Source: Lama glama
Lineage: Eukaryota
Direction: 5' to 3'
DNA: 64,000 nucleotides
Assembly: GCA_028534125.1 (NCBI GenBank)
Contig: CM052817.1
Coordinates: forward strand, 22,446,001-22,510,000
The position numbers and the translations under genes are program-made. This document shows, piece by piece, positions 54,300 to 64,000 of this stretch (its first letter is position 1; the number at the start of each line of letters is the position of its first letter). The notes under the pieces are model-generated. The model was not told the origin of the DNA, made no database searches, and saw only the letters and a program-made list of their open reading frames with translations.

Positions 54300-55698
54300 T
54301 AAAAATTGCAGGATAAATATAATGTGTATTTCTAAAACAGTAGCCTACGGTTTAAAAATTGGAATTTTAAATAACATTAGTAACAATGGCAACAAAGTTA
54401 AATTTATTGAGAAAAATCTGATAACATATGTGCAAGAATTCTGTACAGAAATCTAGCAATCTGTGGGAAACTTTGAACAAGGACTGAATTAATGGAGAAA
54501 TATCCCATGTTTATTCTTAGGAAATATGATTATCATACTGGTATTTATTCATTTCAAATTTATCTATAGATTTGTTATAATTTCAAACAAAACTTCAATA
54601 GGATTGTATGAGAAATGTGACAAGATGAAACTAACAGTGAATAAAGAGGGGCAATTTTTCCAGTATGCAATCAAATCTTATGAAATAGGTAATAAATTAA
54701 TATGATGTAAGCACAAGGATAGCAGAAAAGGACCAACAGAAAACTACAGAGAAACCCAAAGACTGATCCCTAGATAACTGAAAATGCTATGTATATGGCA
54801 GAGACAAAATTGAAAACCTGTGGAGGAAAACAGAATGTTAACTAAATGAAACTGAGAAAATCAGGCTCATAAATAAGATAGAAAAGATCTACTTTACAAA
54901 AGAATGAATCTTAGATAGATTAAATAGGAAAATATTTTAAAAAACATTTAAACTTAAAAAGCATTAATGTTTTCACATTGAAAGCGGAAAATGTTTCTGA
55001 AGCAAGCTCCTAAAATGACTGTTTGTACAGAAAAAAATTGATAATTTTCACAATATGAAAATTAAAATATGTGTTAATTAAAAGAATCATAACAAAAGTA
55101 AAAAGACAAGGTAAAAGGAATATAAAGAACTGAGGATAAATTAGTACACAGATAATTTTTAAAAATTAAAAATTTAAAGTAACAAAACCAGATAATGTAA
55201 TGAGATGCACGGAAATTTCCCAGAAGACTAAATACATATGGACAACAAATATAGAGAGGTATGCTCTCTTTCAAAAAAAAATCAAGAAAAGACAAATTAA
55301 GAACAAAATGAGAAACTACATTTTTACTAAACGGTTGGCAGAAATGTTGGATGGGATGTGGGTCATATGGAACTACATGCTGGTGGTAGTATATAAAGAT
55401 AAAACAAAGTTGCAAACCATCTGATTTTGTCTTGTAGGACTGAACATTAAAATCCTCTATGTTCAAGCCATTCCTCTTCTTCGTACAATCTCTGGAAAAA
55501 CTTTTGAACTTGGGTGCAGCAATGTGCAAGAATATTCACAGCAGTTTTATTTGTTTTATTTTTTCTAAATGGACACAAATTGTCTATCAGCATGACAATG
55601 GTTAAATAAGTTGTGACAAATCTGCCATAGTCTGCAGCAGTGCAAATGAATGAATTACAATTTTACTCAACAACATGGATGAATTTTAAAAATCATGA
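54300..55698 (+). mobile_element. Decayed L1M ORF2/3' region, interrupted by an LTR
   Basis: 'aatggagaaatatcccatgtttat...aaattatctatagattt...caaaatgagaaactacattt...caacatggatgaattttaaaaatcat'. The L1 resumes after 56341 ('aagcaaaactaa'). Confidence 0.75.
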
Positions 55699-56340
55699 TG
55701 TTGGAAGTCTCAGGACACTACCTGTATGGGGATGTGTGGGTTCATCACCAGTTGTGGGTTCTGGCCTGCAGAAGTCCCACCGAGACAGAATGAATTACTC
55801 AAGACTCTGGGGAAAAGTCAAGAGAGCGAGAGGGAGTTGGGAGCCAACTCCATGAGCCTCTCAAATCTCTCATATTTATTCAGTACAGTTGAAGCAGGAA
55901 TTTAGGGAAGGAGAGGGTGGGATCACAATGAGTACAAAGGCTTTGTTTATTGTTGGTGTTTGGCTCAAGGTCAGAAGACCCTTTTTGGTAAATCATATAC
56001 GTGTTGAGCCTTTCAGTTTATCAGGGCACAAAGTATGAGAATCAGCTGCTTAACAAGATTTTTCTTGGACTCAGGCGGCTGTGCCTGTCTTAGGTTGCCC
56101 CCTCAGGGGATCTTACTTGTCACTGGCTAACCAGCCTTCTCACCTCTGAGTCTGCAGCTTTTTACAATTCCAGCCCAAGGCTGTTTTGGGGATAGAAGAC
56201 TAACAGCAGGCACGCCCAGCGTTTATAGCCGGGGGCCTGGGTCATTGTTAAAACCTCAAGGCAGTTACTAAGTGCATCTTCTTTAAGGAGATAAGCGGCT
56301 GGGATTGTTACATTTGTCACCCCAATCATGGGCTCCCACA
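55699..56340 (-). mobile_element. Solo ERV LTR (642 bp), antisense, nested in L1M
   Basis: TG...CA termini, antisense TATA (tttatag 56222-56228), antisense AATAAA (55875-55880), GC contrast with flanks. Confidence 0.75.
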
Positions 56341-56929
56341 GAGATGTTTTTATGAAACCTCAAAATAAGCAAAACTAAAATGTACGTTTTGTAACTTGTG
56401 TATATTACATCTATTCACTCTATGTTAAATATTATTATGAAAGAATAATATAATACAAATAAATAATAATTTGAATGTATTTTTATTTACATGTTATTTA
56501 AAAAGTGATACATGCTAATTTAATAGGGAAATATTTCTTTGTTTTTAATTGAATTTTTAATTACTAGAGATTGTTCTGAATATTTGCTTGCTTTGAGTTA
56601 TCTACTCATATCATTAAACATTTATATTTTTTGAAGTTAAAAAAAAAAGTGAATCTAGAAAGTGTTTGCTCATTTCAAATCTGACCACTCTCCATCATAA
56701 CACTTCTCACCACTGACTCTTCACTTCAGTTGAACATTTCTAGTTTATAGCCTCGAAAGCTAATCCATGTATTTTTCTTTTATAGTAGTAATTAATATTT
56801 GTCTTTTTAGATTGAATGAAAGCCTTTTTTTGTAGTTTGAACATGCTCTATTGAAAAACCGTATCTAAATTTTTGTGACCCAAATAGAATGATAACATAC
56901 TTTGTCTGATTTTCATTTCTAAAACAAGC

Positions 56930-57400
56930 ATTTAAGTTAGTTATGTGGATTATTCTAGACTAATTTATGGACATGTAAATAAAAACAAAACTCAACTAGT
57001 TTAAAGAGAAAAAAGGAACCTATTGTTTCAGCTCTGAATACCTCTAGTTTAGCATCACTTTTAGGTAAGTTTATCATCTGGTGTGTGGGATCTCCAAAAG
57101 CAGATCCAAAATCACATGGTCTTTACATCTGTTATTGTGGAAATAAAGATTTAAAAAAAAAGACTGCCATGTTCTTTGCAATCTGCATACTTATGATCGG
57201 AACAGTCTTCCTTATATTTAATTGGTCTTAGAGCTGCCCTTCTTTTCTTTCTTCCTTTCTTTCTTTGGATAGGGCTTGGTGGAACAGAGACAGCATGGGA
57301 AATAACAGACTCTGGGCAATGGTATCTGGTTGAATGGGGGCTGTGCATATGTCTAGCTAGGGAAGACCGAGTGGTGCCCTCACAGGTAATTTCAAGAAAT
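56930..57400 (-). mobile_element. Old MaLR LTR (MLT1J/M-like)
   Basis: 'aaaactcaactagtttaaagagaaaaaaggaa...tattg' resembles the MLT1 antisense start. Confidence 0.4.
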
Positions 57401-59638
57401 AGATGTCGTTGCTTCACCTTCATGGATACATCAAATGTCATCAGAGTCTTTGGCCCCAGCAGGACATTGCTGAATTGTTAAAAGCAATTTCTTTAGAGAT
57501 ACGGGGTTAAAGTAAGATTCTCCAGAGATACAGGACTATAGAGAAGGAAGTAAAGACATAGAGCAAGCAGTAGAATGTACTCTTCTAAGGGAAGTGAAAT
57601 GGAAGAGAAATAAAGAGCTAAGTTTAGAGAAGGATATGAGGTTAAACCCATTATTGAAAAACAGAGGGGGCACTCCAGAGTTCATATTTAAAATGATGTA
57701 TTTCTTGAGCTATCGAGCTGCCAAGTTTTGTGGTTATATCCAGGGTTTCTTACTTAGAAATTAGGAGAGAGAATTTTATACAGAATTCATTTTCAATTTG
57801 GGTCAGCAAGGTTTATTTAACCAAACAATAACAACAACAAATCCTTAATGCAAAAATATGTTTGAGCATTTTGTCCAGAGAGGTCAAAGTTACAGATTCC
57901 AAGTTCTTGGTTTAGGTACTCAACAAAGAAAACAAAGTAAAAATTGAGATACTGAAAGACAATATGAAATTTAAGAGATGTTATAGTGATTATACAAAAC
58001 TTAGTATTCTATGATAGACATTTCTTTTTTCTTTTAATGACTAGGTCAAGGTCAAAGTGTCACAGGTAAATGGCATGGTCCCCTAAGAAGAAGACATAAG
58101 TAATTAATTTCAGAATGATAATCAGTTAGCACGTGAGGGAGATTCCTCACCCTTGTGTTGCCTTTTTCCTCTTCTAGTAGAGCATGAGATTATGAGTAGC
58201 TTCCAGATAAAGTTATAGGTCAACAGAGGAAAGGGTTGCTTTTTCTTTAAATATTCTCTGCTATTTCCCTCAGCATTCTATCCCAGGCTCTCTTCTCATT
58301 TTTTCTCTCATCTCTGCAGATGTCATTCCTTCCACTGGCAATCTTTGTCATCTCTATATTCTAACTCTCGGCTAATTTTCTCAGTCCAAATTTTTCTCCT
58401 AGAATCCAGGCCTATGCCTTCAAACATCTTCTTGGTATTTGGACAGATAACATAGGCAACTGAAACTCAGTAGTCTCAACACTGAATTCATAATATTGTA
58501 TTTTCCTTAAACTTTCCTCTCCATTTTTTTATTATAAGCATGGTGATCAGTACCATAATTCTTCACTTTGAGAAACTCAGGTATGTCTGTGCCTTTCTTG
58601 ATTTCTTCATTTTTCTTACTTCTGGCTCCTGTGTCCAAACCTAACAGTTTTATATGATTACTATATTATAAATCATGCATTGTCTTTTTATCTCCCCACT
58701 GGCATTAAATTTACTTGTTAGAATTTTTCACCTAGTTTATGATACAGTTTGACTCAGTAAGTCATTTTTCCTCCTCTGTCTTTCTCTGTGGCCTATTTAT
58801 ATCTTAAGTTCAAACAGTATCACAAAGACTCAGTTATAATTAACATCTTTTGATTATCCTCAGGATAAACCCAAGACCTGGGAGTATGGCAAAAAGACAA
58901 ACTCCATTTCTATTCTCTGCTTGTTTCAGTCTTGGAAATTCTTACTGTCATATGTTTCATACTCAAGAATATTACATAGCTTGAGTTCTCAAAACATTCC
59001 TTACTTTCACTTGTTTACACACTTTGCTCCCTCTGACAGAGTTCCTTGCAAACATTTATTCATCGTACTAATTTTGCTTTTTCCATCATAGTACTTCTTA
59101 CTCTAATTTTGTACTTCTGTGTGTGTGCATATATGTAGAATATATATTGCTACTGAATTATAAACTCTTAAAAAAGTGAGGTGTATTCCCAATGTCTAAG
59201 GTGTTGATGATTTACTGGCATTTACTTACAGTGGACCAAGATTTCCCAAAACAGAGAGGGAATTTTTAGGATGGAAGGAAAACCAGTAAAGAAGCATAAA
59301 GATGTGTCAGAATGACATTACAGATAAAGGGAGAGGATAGGAGACTTTCCGGTCTTGTAATTAAGCCATTATTTAATATGTATATTTGCTTTGTTTATTT
59401 TTGTTGTTTCTTAATTGAGAGTCCAGGTGGCCAAGTCCAAAATAAATTTTGTAAATGTCATGGGTTTTCTTTTAAAGACACATGTCCAGAGTGTTGGAGA
59501 GATAGGGTTAAGCTAGCTCTGAAGATACTGACCATTTGAATACATGCAGCTCAAGTGTTGCCAAGTTAGGAGGTAAATTCAAATAAAATGACAAGATTTC
59601 CATTTTGAATAACTGGATAGAAGGCGGTGCTCAGGCAT

Positions 59639-59752
59639 AGAGGAGAAGGAAGAGGAGAAGGGGAAGGAGGTGGAGAAGAAACTTGAGTTGAGAAGGAAGA
59701 AGAAAAGGAAGAGGAAGGAAGAGAAGAAGAAGAGGAGGAGTAAGGGGAGGAA
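59639..59752 (+). repeat. (GAA/GGA)n purine-rich repeat
   Basis: Degenerate trinucleotide purine tract. Confidence 0.85.
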
Positions 59753-59909
59753 CAATTTCCAAATGAAAACAGAGTTAAGTACTCTGAAAGTTGACTTTGA
59801 AGTAGAATGTGTGAAGTGTATACAGTGGAATATTGAAAAATCAGGGATTCATCAGAACAAGTTGTTACTGAAGATTCATTTTTGAGAATTACTTGTTTAA
59901 AATTATTGT

Positions 59910-59997
59910 TATTTTTTAATGGAGGTACTGGGGATTGAACCCAGGACCTCATGCATGCTAAGCATGCACTCTACCACTAAGCTACATCCTCTACCCC
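59910..59997 (-). mobile_element. tRNA-derived SINE (camelid Vic-1-like) with 13-bp TSD
   Basis: Minus strand reads GGGGTAGAGGATGTAGCTTAGTGGTAGAGTGCATGCTTAGCATGCATGAGGTCCTGGGTTCAATCCCCAGTACCTCC, with A box, B box and A-rich tail. TSD ttaaaattattgt (59897-59909) / ttaaaatgattgt (59998-60010). Confidence 0.9.
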
Positions 59998-62900
59998 TTA
60001 AAATGATTGTGATGTTAGGAGGTTATGAAAACTTACTGAGGGATTTTTTACAGGTTTCATCTTTGACCTCCATTTTTTAAAAAGGCAGCTTTTCAAATAC
60101 TCTCCGAAAGTAGGGAATTCCTAGTACACACTCCTTCTTGTAATAATTCTAAATACTGTTAGATATAAAGGAAGTAAATGATATGTACAAAATTTCTTCA
60201 TTATAATAAAAATTACATTCTGAGTATATGCCATGTGTTGGGCATGTGCTCCCTCCTTCACATATTTTACCCTATTTAATCCTCACAAGTCCTAACAGCC
60301 CTTCAAGTTATATAGGCATGGAGAAATTAACTGAATAAATGTCCACCAACATAAAGCTAGGGAGTGGTAGAGTGGCAAATTGAACCTGGGTAAATTTGAA
60401 CCTACGGCTGCTGAAGGAACCACACAGACCGGGAAATGCCACTTCTGGACTCCACGTCTTCTATATCCAGTTACATTGCTTCCATTGGACTTAATACTAT
60501 GAATGTAATAGAGAAAGAAATAATATACTCTCCTAGATACTGAGTATCTGGGAAAAGAATTACCTTGGAGATATAGAATATATTTGATTAAAAAAAAACA
60601 GGAAGTTTTGTAGAAGAAATAGTTCAACAACGAGCAAAACAAATGATGTCAATTTTTAAGTGCTCTGTTAAAGTAGAATTGTGTTATTGACTAAGATCTT
60701 CAGGAGGAAAGCATGACTACTTAAAAGCTCTATTAAAAATAACATTTATCAGCTCTGGAGGAAAGTAAACCCAGGGAATGAGTTTTAAAATAATTTCACT
60801 AAAACATACACATGGATGTATCTTATTTCTTTTTTATCCAAAAAATCAATGACAGACGGCACTCATATTACTTTCATTAGATGCTTATTTTTTTTAAAGA
60901 ATGATTGATTAAGTATTATATCTCTATAATAGTATCTAGCACACTGCCTCAAAATTTCTATTTTTAGTTATCAGGCTGTCCAAACAGTTATAAACCTTTA
61001 AGGCTAAGCTGTAACTCCTTCACATCTAGGTCAACGCACTTAACACGACTGATAGGTCATGATAAGGTTGTAAATATGTCTAAACTGGATAAAAGAGAGA
61101 GCCACTTTTACTTGAATATAATTTGTGGGCTAATTCAGGCCGGTGAGAGACAACCTTTCTATTGTTTGTAATCGCACATTCTTTATTTGTAATTCTTAGA
61201 AGTTACATAGAAATTACTAGTATGTGACTTTAATATTTTATAAGCATTATTTTTCTTACTAGAATTTCCAGTATATAATTTATAACAAGGTGTTAAGCTT
61301 TGCTAATTTTTCCTCCTTTGGTGATAGGCAAAATGAACACAAGTTCCAATCTTTTCTTAAATCCCATAAAGCATGGGATCATTTCCCTACACACACAAAA
61401 AGAAAATGTAATAAAAATTAGTTCTTTTCAAATTTAGAAAGAGTAATAAACAGTTAATTTTAGTCATAATTTCTACAATAATAATAAAGCATAGAATATC
61501 TTATAATAAACATCAGAAAGAATGTGCAAGACATAATCAAGTCAGCAGTAACATTTAACGAAAAGACATTTAAAAAAAAAGATCCTCCAAATAGGTGAAA
61601 TTCACCACTTCCCTATATGGAGTGTTTAACAAATATTTGCTAAACAAATATTTCTTCAATAAAAGGATAAATGAAAATGTATTTATCAAGAAAAGAAAAT
61701 TACTGTCTTATCCTGATCTGCTGTAGCCTCCTATGGAAAAAATCTCAGTTCCCTTTTGAAAAGGTATGTATATCAAAGAGCAGCCGTAGGAGCTGGTAGT
61801 TCACATTATCCAACATATTTAAAAGGAAAGGTTTGTCACAGGGATAGTCCATGATATATTGCTGATTGACCATATCAAATTATTCTGCTGTTTATTGGGT
61901 ATTTGACTTGGGGCAAGTCCCCAAGCTTTGACAGATTCTAGATGTAGATATAGAGATAGATATAAAGATATAAATGTACTTACAGATGGAAATATACAGA
62001 CACAAATGGATAACCAATGTCAATATGTCTATACATCTCTATATAATATTAAAATACTTATCACATAGTTTATTTGTGGGGATTAAATTATGCCATGCAT
62101 AAACTTCTTGTTACATTCCTTACCACATAGTTAAGTCATGATCAATATTATTGTCATTAACGTTATAATTATTTTAAATTACGTCTGTGTTTGGCATGTT
62201 GCAACACCTGATCTGAAAGCCATTAATTTTGCCAATATCCGAAGTCCTTGGTTTGAGTCTAAGCCCCTCCACATACCGATGTTACGACTACTAGCAAAGG
62301 ACTTATTTTCCCTAAGTCTCAGTTTACTGGTTCTAAGTGGGGAAGCGAAGCGTTATTTTTACCTCTCAGTAATTAGAAATGTGTTATAATCCAGAAGGAT
62401 ATAGAAGAGTTAAATCAGCATTGTTAATTTATCATTATTACCATTTTCCAGGAAATAGTCCCCGTGAAAGTTAATTGGAGCAAGACAAGCAACCAGGTTC
62501 TACTACAAAGAGGGTGATGCTCTTTTCCAGTTGTCCAGTGCTTCCTAAGTCACAACTGGATATTCCCCGTAAAGTTAAGATAGGTTTGAAGTAGTATGGT
62601 AAGAATAAATGTGTTTTCCGAATGATCTTGGAAATCACTTAATTCTTTTTAAAAGTTCAAGAAGAAATGTGACCAAATTCTGCACACCCTCCCTGATTCA
62701 TCTCTGACCATACCGTTCAGTAATGCTTAATCAGCTGAGGTCTTAGTACAAAATTTGTATTATAAGATGTTTTTTAATATTTTACCATCACAGTAATATA
62801 TTAAGTTTGTTTGTAGTTCTCTGTAGCTTCAATTGCACAGAAGTGGCTGTGCTTAAGAATAATTCATACTAATACTGGTCCCTGGATTTTATTGCTTAAG

Positions 62901-63733
62901 TCCTGTTCACAAGTGTGAATGGTAATATTTGATAATATTCATAGCATCACTATTGCTTAAATGCCTCTTGTCACCAAAAAAAAAAAAAAAAAAAGAAGTT
63001 ATTTTACCCTCATTGGTAATCAAGGTAGGAAAAATTTAGTCTTAATTTAGGGGAAAATATGCAATAATTTTCTTTGGACACTTTGTTTGAATAAAAAAAT
63101 CAATTATAGATATGAATTTGGAGACCAAGGAATAGATGAAGGTGATCTTTCCCTTCCTTTTTTTTTACCCAGCTCCTCAAAACTTAAATGAAATATTGAT
63201 ATTAAAATCATGTTGTACAGCACTACCAAATTTTCCTGTAATAAAAATGAGAAAAAAACTCAGAACATAATTGCATAAACTCCTTTAGGAAACATTCTAA
63301 CAGTTTACTATGATTGAACTTTTCTATCATCTATAAAATTATTTGAAATCTATTATTATTAAATGTGCAATTTCCATCAACCTGTCAATCATCTTTACTT
63401 AAAAATTGTTTATCAGAATATTTTAAAGACAAAAACATAACTTGCAACAAATCAAACGTCATTTTCACTGAACAGAAAAGTCCTATTATTAGGATGATTG
63501 TGTTGTAGCATTTCTGACTAAGAAGAAATTCACAGACCCTAGGCTGATTTTTTTCTTGGTGCTTTTCTTATCAATAATTACATTTTTTGCTACAACTGAG
63601 TATGCATCATTTTATGTGTCTCTGTCTTAGCAAGACTATTGAGATGAGTGGAGTATTCCATGGGACCAGTATGTGGATAAAGTAGATAGACAGACAGACA
63701 GAAAGAAAGAAAGATAGAAAATACGTGGTAAAT

Positions 63734-64000
63734 ATATTAGTCAAGGTTCTATCAAAGGATAGAAATCATGTAAGTAATTTGAGCACAAAGATTTTAACAA
63801 AAAATAACTATTAGCTAATAACTATTAATTTAAAAGGGTTAAAGAGCATGCTAAAAGAAAAAAATAATCATAGCAGATATCAGACACTAAGACTGAGGCA
63901 GAATACCTCAAAGCAACAACAGCAACAAAAACAAACTTGGGAGAGGTTTGCCCCCACCCCAAATCAGAGACGGAGACTTCATTGGAAAGGGTGTGTCCAT
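63734..64000 (-). mobile_element. ERVL-class LTR (LTR33/LTR67-like), runs off the window
   Basis: Starts 'tattagtcaaggttct...gatagaaatca...agtaatttgagca', typical of antisense ERVL LTR ends. Confidence 0.45.

Noticed and set aside
55074..55529. 151-aa minus-strand ORF
   Set aside because: Antisense to a decayed A-rich L1, with low-complexity F/L/I composition.
59920..59997. Possible tRNA gene
   Set aside because: It has A/B boxes but also an A-rich tail and TSD, and no proper acceptor stem, so it is a SINE.
1..64000. Prokaryotic systems (CRISPR arrays, operons, rRNA)
   Set aside because: The sequence is mammalian. No repeat-spacer arrays or dense coding regions were seen.

Overview
AT-rich, gene-poor mammalian genomic DNA. 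It is probably camelid, judging from a Vic-1-type tRNA-derived SINE and cetartiodactyl-type L1 3' ends. Two 500-N scaffold gaps interrupt it. No intact protein-coding gene is recognisable, and the supplied ORFs appear spurious. The window is mostly old interspersed repeats (L1, L2, MIR, MER DNA transposons, MaLR/ERVL) plus several solo ERV LTRs, some with target-site duplications. Two features missed by the ORF track stand out. (1) A decayed, A-tailed segment at ~1296-2021 whose frameshifted translation follows, in order, motifs of the bornavirus nucleoprotein: a candidate endogenous bornavirus-like N element (EBLN). (2) A disabled processed pseudogene of SNRPD3 (Sm D3) on the minus strand at ~49652-50222. 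Repeat family names and reference protein sequences are recalled from memory and aligned by eye; no database search was run.
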